This document shows positions 30,320-38,037 of a stretch of 64,000 nucleotides of DNA, one piece after another; position 1 is the first letter of the stretch; each line of letters begins with the position of its first letter. Made by a program: the position numbers and the translations under genes. The stretch lies in the NCBI GenBank assembly GCA_050013255.1, contig JBEKFP010000001.1, positions 1,088,001-1,152,000 on the forward strand. Direction: 5' to 3'. Under the pieces are notes generated by a model. That model worked only from the letters and a program-made list of their open reading frames with translations, did no database searches and was not told the origin of the DNA. The DNA is from Candidatus Bathyarchaeia archaeon. Its GTDB lineage: Archaea > Thermoproteota > Bathyarchaeia > 40CM-2-53-6.

Positions 30320-31153
30320 ATGTCCGCTCCACGCATCACGGAATCTTTGCGAAGCATTGGCCTAACCTCCTATGAATCAGAGGCGTATCTTGCGCTTTTG
30401 AAAAGCCGAGAATTAACCGCGGAAGAAATCTCCAAAATGACTTCAGTACCGATAACGCGGGTTTATGGAACCCTTGAGCGACTAATGCAGAAGGGTTTCG
30501 CGAGAATAGTGGAGAGCAGGCCGAAAAAGTTTCATGCCATTTCCCCCGAGGAAGCCAAGCGCGAATACCTAACGCATGTGCGTAGGAATTTTGAAAGGAA
30601 CCTACTCACGATGGAGGAAACTATGGGAGGTCTGCAAAGACAGGTTGAGCCGATATATGTGGAAAGCCATCTCCAAGTGAAGGCCGAGGAACTGCTTGAG
30701 TCATTGGAAGATCTAAGAGTGATGGAAAAGAGAACCAGCGAGTATACTCAAGGAGCATCTAAAGAGATCTTGATATCCACTGCGTTGTTCTCTTGGCTTC
30801 CCAAGCTGAAACCTCAACTTAGGAACGCTTTGGCGAGGGGTGTGAGTGTTAAGATCCTGATGCAGTTCGCCGACAGCCAAGTTAAACGGCATCTAGATGA
30901 TCTAAGAAATATGGGGGCACAAATCAGAGACACGCCCGACCCATGGCATCCCGTTCGCGGAACCCTAGTCGACGATAGAGATCTAATTTTCGTGATATGG
31001 GCGGCTGAAGAAGCGGAGCGACATTGGAATCCCATTGTGTACACTCCAAATCATACGAAGAACCCTGGGTTGATCAGGATTTTTCGTGAATCGTTTCTAT
31101 ACCGATGGAGTGATTCCAGGAAATTGCCAAAGGCGAGGTTGATGGTCAAATGA
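30320..31153 (+). CDS. TrmB family transcriptional regulator
   Basis: GLTSYESEAYLALL, TRVYGTLERL, SRPKKF; C-terminal effector-like domain; ATGA overlap with the DUF354 gene. Confidence 0.9.
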   Translation: MSAPRITESLRSIGLTSYESEAYLALLKSRELTAEEISKMTSVPITRVYGTLERLMQKGFARIVESRPKKFHAISPEEAKREYLTHVRRNFERNLLTMEETMGGLQRQVEPIYVESHLQVKAEELLESLEDLRVMEKRTSEYTQGASKEILISTALFSWLPKLKPQLRNALARGVSVKILMQFADSQVKRHLDDLRNMGAQIRDTPDPWHPVRGTLVDDRDLIFVIWAAEEAERHWNPIVYTPNHTKNPGLIRIFRESFLYRWSDSRKLPKARLMVK

Positions 31154-32217
31154 AGGTTTGGTTAGACGTACTTACACCAAAGCAAGCCAATTTCCTAGGC
31201 GAACTGCAACACCGTCTTATTGCCAAAGGTTTCAAGACAGTCTTGACGACACGACAATATCGAGAAGTAAATGAACTGCTGGAACTCAAAGGGACTAAAG
31301 CCATTCAAGTCGGGCGCCATGGCGGCGGAGAACTCAAGGACAAACTCCTCGAAAGTTCCAGGCGGGTTTCAGATCTAACTCAAATCATAGAAGACCTAAA
31401 GCCAGATGTGGCAATTTCCTTTTCATCGCCGGAGGCAGCCAGAGTCGCATTCGGCCTAAAGGTCCCTCACTTTTGCGTCAGTGATTCACCTCATGCTGAC
31501 GCAGTCTGCAGGCTGACGATACCCCTTTCACAAAAACTGTTCACGCCTTGGGTAATTCCAATATACGCTTGGTCGCGGTACGGTGCAGCTCCGAGGGATG
31601 TTGTTAGGTACAAGGCTCTGGACCCAATAGTATGGTTGAGTAGCTACAAGAGTAGCAAAGAGGCATTCGACGGTCTAAAATTAGATCCGAACAAGCCTAT
31701 ACTTGTGGTTAGAACCCCTGAAGAGTTCGCCGCGTACCTTACTGAAAGGTCATCAACTTTGTCGAGTAAGGTGACGGACGTTATCGGGAAACTCTTGGAA
31801 ATCAACGGTGGCGGCATGCAGATTGTGATCTTGCCGAGGTACGATGTGCAACGTGACAGGCTTAAGAAGCGCTTCGGAGACCGCGTAATTGTTCCTGAAC
31901 ATGTTATCGACGCTATCCCTCTCGTACGTGCCTCATCTGTGTTCGTCGGAGGCGGTGGGACGATGACCGCAGAGGCCGCCTTGCTTGGGATTCCAGTGAT
32001 TTCGTATTATCCCGGCGAACCAACTTTCGTAGAGAGGTTTCTGATAAAATACGGTTTGGTTGAAAGGGTCCTGGACCCAGGTCGAATCGCTCAAAGGGCC
32101 CTTGCCATATCAAAGAGCGATGACTTTCGTGAATTCTACCAGAAGAAATCAGCTAAGTTAGTGCGAAGTATGGAGGATCCACTCCGCATCATCGTTCAGC
32201 GAATTTTCAAGTCCTAG
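31150..32217 (+). CDS. DUF354 family protein (GT-B-like, glycosylation-associated)
   Basis: MKVWLDVLTPKQ, GRHGG, SDSPH, GGGGTMTAEAALLGIP. Confidence 0.88.
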   Translation: MKVWLDVLTPKQANFLGELQHRLIAKGFKTVLTTRQYREVNELLELKGTKAIQVGRHGGGELKDKLLESSRRVSDLTQIIEDLKPDVAISFSSPEAARVAFGLKVPHFCVSDSPHADAVCRLTIPLSQKLFTPWVIPIYAWSRYGAAPRDVVRYKALDPIVWLSSYKSSKEAFDGLKLDPNKPILVVRTPEEFAAYLTERSSTLSSKVTDVIGKLLEINGGGMQIVILPRYDVQRDRLKKRFGDRVIVPEHVIDAIPLVRASSVFVGGGGTMTAEAALLGIPVISYYPGEPTFVERFLIKYGLVERVLDPGRIAQRALAISKSDDFREFYQKKSAKLVRSMEDPLRIIVQRIFKS

Positions 32218-32221
32218 CCGT

Positions 32222-32458
32222 TTACCGGCCTAGGGCACGCCACAAGTATGAGTCAGTCACTTTCTTCCAAACCAGCAGCCAAATGACCACAATTACACCC
32301 GCTAAGGAGTTTCGCGTCACTTGGGTAGCGATGCGTTGCACTATTGTTGCATTACCTAGGTTTATGGAGAAAGCAAACTTCGATATGAGAAGCGTACACA
32401 GAAGAAGAATCAACCAGACAAAGACCTCGATCGCAGCTAGTGACAGAATGCGTTTCAA
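32222..32458 (-). CDS. Small two-TM membrane protein
   Basis: Two hydrophobic helices; 4-bp overlap with the upstream gene. Confidence 0.65.
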   Translation of the reverse strand: MKRILSLAAIEVFVWLILLLCTLLISKFAFSINLGNATIVQRIATQVTRNSLAGVIVVIWLLVWKKVTDSYLWRALGR

Positions 32459-33462
32459 AGCCTAACAGCGACCATTATCCAGTAAGTTAAGAGTGCAAGG
32501 CAGGAAGAAACTGCTGTCAGAATCATCATTCCCTTGACGATATCTTTCTCACCGAGCGGCCCTTCAGCCAATATGAGTCGAGCAACTGTGACAGGTGCTC
32601 CTTTTTCGGTACTGGCCTTGAGCAATCCATTATCCAATAACCTGATTGGTCGCTGATGGATTTCGCGCCTTTCACGCAGTCCTCCAACTGACGCGAGGCC
32701 GTAGAACGCATTCATGATGTGGGGTATCATCGCCACAACCATAACTGTCTCGATCCTGCCCAGGATCGCTAGGGCTCCGAGGGCAGCCCCTACGGCAAGG
32801 CTTCCGGTGTCCCCGCCGAAGACTCGTGAAGGGAATCGATTAAAGTAATAAAATGCGAGCATCGCCGCCAACAACCCCGCAGCGAGAGAAGCGGTCTGCA
32901 AATCACCTGAGATTAATAGGACGGCAGTTGCTGCAGTCGCGATTATGGCCACAGTGCCAGGCATTGAGCCATTCATAATGTCCATCATGTTAATCCCATT
33001 AGATGTGATTGCGATAGCTATTGGTATTAGGATTGGGTAGACCAACGTAAGCCGCACAGGGCCAATGAGAGGAATAACCGGGTCCGGCACATATGTCCCC
33101 AAGATTAGAATGGGCAAACATGCAACGGCCGTGAGAAGCGGTTTCACCCTGGCGCCTAGGGGCCGCAAATCGTCAACTATGCCTATTCCTCCCGCGATCA
33201 GAACTGTCCCCAGAAAAGCAACAGCTTCGCGAATAGCAGATGGGCGCAGGGCTACATAGCCAGTTATTCCAATTGTCAACCCAAACAAGATAGCCAACCC
33301 GCACATTTCGGGTATTTTCACTTTCGAAAGTTTGTGGACATCCTCGCCCGTTATGCCGCGGCGTTTCATCAGTTTCGCCACTGCGGGAGTGGCTATGAAT
33401 GTCGCAAGGAAAGTGATAATGAAAATGAAAGCAATGCTAGTCACTGAATAGAAATCAAACAT
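32455..33462 (-). CDS. UDP-GlcNAc:dolichol-phosphate GlcNAc-1-phosphotransferase (MraY/GT4, AglH-like)
   Basis: GEDVHK, PEMCG, VDD, NMMDIMNG, FGGDTGS; many TM helices. Confidence 0.87.
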   Translation of the reverse strand: MFDFYSVTSIAFIFIITFLATFIATPAVAKLMKRRGITGEDVHKLSKVKIPEMCGLAILFGLTIGITGYVALRPSAIREAVAFLGTVLIAGGIGIVDDLRPLGARVKPLLTAVACLPILILGTYVPDPVIPLIGPVRLTLVYPILIPIAIAITSNGINMMDIMNGSMPGTVAIIATAATAVLLISGDLQTASLAAGLLAAMLAFYYFNRFPSRVFGGDTGSLAVGAALGALAILGRIETVMVVAMIPHIMNAFYGLASVGGLRERREIHQRPIRLLDNGLLKASTEKGAPVTVARLILAEGPLGEKDIVKGMMILTAVSSCLALLTYWIMVAVRL

Positions 33463-34843
33463 TCTTCATGCAATCCTTGATAATTCGGGCGAGTTTCTTC
33501 TTGTAATCGTTCACCACTCTCATTGCATTACCCTTCGTTGGTGCTTCTGCTAGAATTCGGAAGATGGGTTCTGTTCCGCTGGGGCGGATAAGTATCCAAG
33601 AACGGGGTGGAATCCATACCTTGATTCCGTCTATGTCTAGGACCTTGCCTTTTCTTGGCAGGTCACGGAATGCTTGTGTTACTTTTGCCTTGATTGAATC
33701 TGGGCATGGCATTTTGTCTTTGACGATGTAGGACTTGGGTAGTTCACCGACCAGTCTTGATAGGGGTCGCTTTTTCTCGGCAAGGATTCGGTAGACCATA
33801 GCGGTCGTGATTCCCCCATCTCGGGCAGCTACGTGGGGTGCGTAGAAGATTCCTCCATTCTCTTCCCCACCAAGGTTAGCCCGTATCTTCAGCATGAGGT
33901 TCGAAACGTACACGCTTCCAACAGGCGTGTATACAACTTCCCCGCCGTATTTCTCAGCAATTTCCTCTATAATCATGGACGAGCTGATCGGTGTTACGAT
34001 CTTCTGCCCGGGATGATTTTCCAGGAAATTTTTCACGATTAGGGCAAATGTATGATCCCCCCAGCAAACGGAGCCATGTTCATCGAGGAAGACGGCTCTG
34101 TCTCCGTCACCATCGAGCGCGACGCCGAAGTCAGCATGAAGGGAGGGGAGGATATCGGAAGTTTTTCGTAAATTTGCTGGTGTTGGTTCTGGCATTCGTC
34201 CTGGAAATGTTCCGTCGATATTGCCATTTACAATGGAGACAGTTCCACCTAATCTTTCAATTAGAGTGGGCATCGAAAGGACGCTGACTCCGTTCGCTGT
34301 GTCGATTAGTACCTTTAGGTGTGCTTGCCGTGGCATTTCGCCCACATTGTCAAGGATGGATCTGATATAGGCTGAGAATTTCTCGGCTACGGGGAGGGGT
34401 TGCTTGATTCTGTCCCAGTCTGTAGCCTTCCACTTTGAATGGAAGTATATGCGTTCAATTTTCAATTCGTCCTCGTGTGGGAGTTCAACTCCCATATTTC
34501 CCATGACCTTCAGCCCATTGTACTCAGGCGGGTTGTGGCTGGCAGTAACCATTATCCCACCTTTGAGCCCCCAATCCTTCGTCAGAAACTGTAGACCGGG
34601 AGTTGTTATCATGCCCAATTTCCAGACCTGGCAACCGACACTAGCAAGCCCGGCGCAGACGATATCTAGGAAGACGGGGCTAGAAACTCGCCCGTCACAT
34701 CCAACGGTCAAATCGGCCCCTTTGAAGTAAGTGCCAGTTGCCATGGACAATTTCAAGACGAGTTCGGGGGTTAGTTCCTTGTTTACAACGCCGCGCACAC
34801 CATTTGTTCCGAAAAGCTTCCTTTCTTCCAACCTAATCGCCAA
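33455..34843 (-). CDS. Phosphohexomutase (GlmM / PMM-PGM family)
   Basis: LFGTNGVRG, TASHNP, DGDGDR, GEENGG, RPSGTEP. Confidence 0.93.
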   Translation of the reverse strand: MAIRLEERKLFGTNGVRGVVNKELTPELVLKLSMATGTYFKGADLTVGCDGRVSSPVFLDIVCAGLASVGCQVWKLGMITTPGLQFLTKDWGLKGGIMVTASHNPPEYNGLKVMGNMGVELPHEDELKIERIYFHSKWKATDWDRIKQPLPVAEKFSAYIRSILDNVGEMPRQAHLKVLIDTANGVSVLSMPTLIERLGGTVSIVNGNIDGTFPGRMPEPTPANLRKTSDILPSLHADFGVALDGDGDRAVFLDEHGSVCWGDHTFALIVKNFLENHPGQKIVTPISSSMIIEEIAEKYGGEVVYTPVGSVYVSNLMLKIRANLGGEENGGIFYAPHVAARDGGITTAMVYRILAEKKRPLSRLVGELPKSYIVKDKMPCPDSIKAKVTQAFRDLPRKGKVLDIDGIKVWIPPRSWILIRPSGTEPIFRILAEAPTKGNAMRVVNDYKKKLARIIKDCMKNV

Positions 34844-34845
34844 GG

Positions 34846-35943
34846 TTACATTGCGTTCGTTCCCGGTCTTATGCTCGCTTCGATTTCTTTGTACGGGTGA
34901 ATTATGGCATTTTTCCCGATCTTAACTCCGTCGCGGATCTGAACATGCGGCGAAACAATTGATCCAGTAGCGATTCTTACGCCTCTCCCTACCTTCACCC
35001 CAGAAGCCAGGATCGCACCTGAAACAACCGAACCCTTACCTATCGAAACTCCATCGAATAAGATGGAGTTTGAAACTCGTGCCCTACTTTCAATCAACTC
35101 GTCCTTCCCTGCAACGACACGTGGTCCCACCGAAGCCAAACTCTCCACTCGCGAACCCTCGCCGAGAATGACCGGTGCTCGTACCACCGCGCCTCTGGCT
35201 AGGTTCATTTCACCGCCACGCGAAACTAACGGTCGGGCATGTTTTTCAAGTAGTGAAAAGTTCGCCCTTTGATAATCTGAAAGGCTTCCGATGTCGAACC
35301 AGTCGCCTGAAAACGGAAATCCGCTTAGCTTTCCATCGTTAACAAGAACGGGGAATATCTCTCTCTCCAACGAGACCTTACGGTTTGCAGGAATCATTTG
35401 CAGAACCTTAGGTTCAATCACGTAAATTCCGGCGTTAACGAGGCGGCTATGGACTTCCTCCGCCTTAGGTTTTTCAACAAAACGCCGAATCCGGCCTTCG
35501 CTGTCAAGTTGAGCAACTCCAAATCTGGTAGGATCCTTCACTTGGTGAAGAGCGTCTGTAATCATCGCCCCAGTTTGCTCGTGATGGTTCAGCATCTTTG
35601 CGAGGTCGATGTCAGCAATTACATCACCGTTCGTTACAATGAATGTCTCATCAAAACGTGTGTCCTCTGATGCCAACTTTATTGGACCACCGGTTCCCAG
35701 TGGCGCTTTCTCAAGAGAGTACTTGATGCTGATTCCATTGTAATCGGAGCCAACCTCCATCCGCAGCGAATCGGCAAGGTAATTTACTGCTAACACGACT
35801 TCGCCGACGCCGATACCTTTCAAAAGGTCGAGCGTCCAGTAAATCATCGGTTTTCCAAGCACTGGAAAAAGGAGTTTAGGCAAGGCATAGCTGATAGGTC
35901 GAAGGCGAGTCGCATACCCACCTGCAAGAATGACCGCCTTCAT
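34846..35943 (-). CDS. Sugar-1-phosphate nucleotidyltransferase with C-terminal hexapeptide domain
   Basis: LAGGYATRLRP, PKLL, PLGTGG, NGD, EKP, WFDIG; left-handed beta-helix repeats. Confidence 0.92.
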   Translation of the reverse strand: MKAVILAGGYATRLRPISYALPKLLFPVLGKPMIYWTLDLLKGIGVGEVVLAVNYLADSLRMEVGSDYNGISIKYSLEKAPLGTGGPIKLASEDTRFDETFIVTNGDVIADIDLAKMLNHHEQTGAMITDALHQVKDPTRFGVAQLDSEGRIRRFVEKPKAEEVHSRLVNAGIYVIEPKVLQMIPANRKVSLEREIFPVLVNDGKLSGFPFSGDWFDIGSLSDYQRANFSLLEKHARPLVSRGGEMNLARGAVVRAPVILGEGSRVESLASVGPRVVAGKDELIESRARVSNSILFDGVSIGKGSVVSGAILASGVKVGRGVRIATGSIVSPHVQIRDGVKIGKNAIIHPYKEIEASIRPGTNAM

Positions 35944-36007
35944 ACCCTTCACACAAGCAGTTCATAGGATGAACCTTGGCGCTATTTGTGCTTCGGAGAC
36001 GGGGCGT

Positions 36008-36469
36008 ATGAGAGGAACCTACACTATCGTTTTGGCCTGTGAAAGACCTATGCGAGTCAGGTTCGGAAAGCTTGGACGCGTGAAGGTAAAGATTGGCCAC
36101 TATCTGTACACTGGTTCAGCTCTAGGGCTCGGAGCCATATCGCTAGAGGGAAGGCTTACGCGGCACAATCGTTCGTTCAAAAAGAAGCGCTGGCATATCG
36201 ACTACCTTACAGCACGCCGAGGCTGTAAGCTCGAGGGAGCCGTTTACCTGATCTCCAACAAACGCTCCGAGTGCAAAATCAACCGAGCGATAAGGAAGAA
36301 CATGAATACGCAGGCAATTCTTCAGCACCTAGGCGCGAGCGACTGCAAGTGTGAAGCGCACTTAGTGAGAGTTACCGAAACCTTGAGCAAAATCAAATTG
36401 CTAAATCGGCTCAAACAAACCTACTCGAGATTTGGAGTGGCGCGCCTTTACTCGGGCGAGGATTTTTAG
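36008..36469 (+). CDS. DUF123 / GIY-YIG (Uri) superfamily nuclease
   Basis: GTY, YLYTGSA, RH...RWHIDYL, EC, GASDCKCEAHL. Confidence 0.87.
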   Translation: MRGTYTIVLACERPMRVRFGKLGRVKVKIGHYLYTGSALGLGAISLEGRLTRHNRSFKKKRWHIDYLTARRGCKLEGAVYLISNKRSECKINRAIRKNMNTQAILQHLGASDCKCEAHLVRVTETLSKIKLLNRLKQTYSRFGVARLYSGEDF

Positions 36470-37281
36470 ATCGGCTGGCCTTCTTCCCATCTTTTCGAGT
36501 ATGCGTCACGGAAAATCCTGATCAACCCTTGGTTTCTCGTATAGTTTGGACGATAGTAGATGGGGCGAGGCACTGCACTCTTCTTCGTAGCCCAGACCAC
36601 GAAAACAAGTTCCTGGTCGTCTACTAGGGTTCCCCTAACAGGGTACCATTCCTCGGCGCAGTGGCGCACTTGAATTCCCACATCGCGGAGTTCTTTGGCT
36701 CGTTTCTTCGTTGAGTCATCCTTCACCATCATCAAAACCTTCATGCCTACTCCCCGGTCGTGGGCTTGGAATAATGATTCACGAACTTTACCGTACCATC
36801 CGAAAGTCTCCGCGAAAATTGACACCTCTTTCAGAGCGTTTCCAAGAATCCGAGCCGTTCGTAATTCCATTTCTGGAAGGTCGCGTAAAGGTTCGATGAT
36901 TTCTTCGGGCCTAATCCCGAGCCTACTTTCCCAATATGTAGGTTCAAGTAGCTTCTCCAACTCCAAGGCTACAGAGGTTTCCTTGCTCACTTGGCTTTCG
37001 AGTGAACGTTTTCTCTGTTCAAGTATTTTCTGGAGAACCGTGCGGGGCTGGATGACCTCAACCCTGTTGCTTGAGATTCTTACAAGGCCTTTGTCAGCCA
37101 GCGATTTCAACGAATCCTCAGCTATGGCTGCAGGAATTCCGAATGCCGTGACCACTTTGTCTAACATTTCGCCTTCGGGTTGGGAAAGTAGCTTTAGGTA
37201 TACCTTGGATTCGCCAGCGGACAAACCTAGAGCCTTCATCAGCTCCATCGCTTTACCATTATCATCGAACAAATCTCTCAA
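36466..37281 (-). CDS. TrmB family transcriptional regulator (paralog of 30320-31153)
   Basis: GLSAGESKVYLKLL wHTH; C-terminal WYPVRGTLVDDQELVFVVWA...NQGLIRIFRD. Confidence 0.85.
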   Translation of the reverse strand: MRDLFDDNGKAMELMKALGLSAGESKVYLKLLSQPEGEMLDKVVTAFGIPAAIAEDSLKSLADKGLVRISSNRVEVIQPRTVLQKILEQRKRSLESQVSKETSVALELEKLLEPTYWESRLGIRPEEIIEPLRDLPEMELRTARILGNALKEVSIFAETFGWYGKVRESLFQAHDRGVGMKVLMMVKDDSTKKRAKELRDVGIQVRHCAEEWYPVRGTLVDDQELVFVVWATKKSAVPRPIYYRPNYTRNQGLIRIFRDAYSKRWEEGQPI

Positions 37282-37300
37282 GACTCACATGGGTTGCTTT

Positions 37301-37408
37301 TGGTGGACCGGGCGGGATTTGAACCCGCGACCTCCCGCATGCCAAGCGGACGATGTGGTCGCATCGTGTTGATTCATCGATGCTCATACCAGGCTGATCT
37401 ACCGGCCC
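37301..37408 (-). tRNA. tRNA-Ala(GGC) with one 30-nt intron at 22/23 (37355-37384); CCA encoded
   Basis: Spliced cloverleaf GGGCCGG TA GATC AGCCTGGTAT GATC G TCCGC TT GGC AT GCGGG AGGTC GCGGG TTCAAAT CCCGC CCGGTCC A CCA; G3-U70; BHB-like GGTA/TGA/GCATCG..CGATGC/GACC/ACA. Confidence 0.93.
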
Positions 37409-37719
37409 AACGGTTCGAGTGCTTTCCACCTCCGCCTAAAAACCTTCGTACTACTTTCGTGCACTTCTCCGCCTTTTCAAGCTACAACAGAGGTTTACCA
37501 TTGAAGCTCAATCTTGGCGAACCCGTGTGACATCAATCATTGTCCTGTTACGGAAACTGATTACGAACGGTCTTGTGACGCGAACATATGCCGAAGGCGC
37601 ACATTGATTCGAGCTGCCCGACTGCGCGCTGGCTCGTGTACCAAAGTTCCAAGGCTTTTGGAGTAGGGCGCTTGAGATCAGTCCAGCACTGGATGAAATG
37701 TGTTGCAATTAGAAGAAGG

Positions 37720-37764
37720 CTTAAGTTGTTGAGCGGAAAGCTGTCTTGCTCGGTGCCGGGGAAC
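37720..37764 (+). promoter_or_regulatory. tRNA-Phe TATA box (CTTAAGT) and 5' leader
   Basis: Purine-rich BRE-like run, then TTAAG at 37721-37725; standard spacing puts the start near 37750. Confidence 0.55.
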
Positions 37765-37902
37765 GCCGAGGTAGGACAGATTCCCTCGAAAGCTCAGCCT
37801 GGGAGAGCACCCGAACAAATCGTGGTGAAGCTGAAGACCGGGTTGACTACGCTACATAAAGCGTAGGCCAAATCGCGGATTCAAATCCCGCCCTCGGCAC
37901 CA
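37765..37902 (+). tRNA. tRNA-Phe(GAA) with three introns: 8/9 (37773-37790), 30/31 (37814-37829), 46/47 (37846-37872)
   Basis: Spliced 77-nt GCCGAGG TA GCTC AGCCTGGGA GAGC A CCCGG CT GAA GA CCGGG TTGTC GCGGA TTCAAAT CCCGC CCTCGGC A CCA; central helices CGAG/CTCG, CACC/GGTG and a relaxed GGGT/GCCA. Confidence 0.9.
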
Positions 37903-38037
37903 CTTTCCTTTCGCCCTTAATTGAGCAATAAGTAAGACGAATGATGGCTATTCGGCCGACTCTACCAAGCCTCAGGGCCTTCAAAAGGCACATTAGCTTC
38001 CTATTTGCAATAGTCGGACCACTTTAGGTGCAGGCAA

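Noticed and set aside
37755-37790. Alternative tRNA-Phe 5' exon starting at GCCGGGG with a longer or nested intron
   Set aside because: It gives no U8 and no valid BHB, whereas the 37765 start gives a perfect one.
36695-37866. ORFs of 225, 78 and 92 aa near the tRNAs
   Set aside because: They are antisense to trmB or overlap the tRNA genes.
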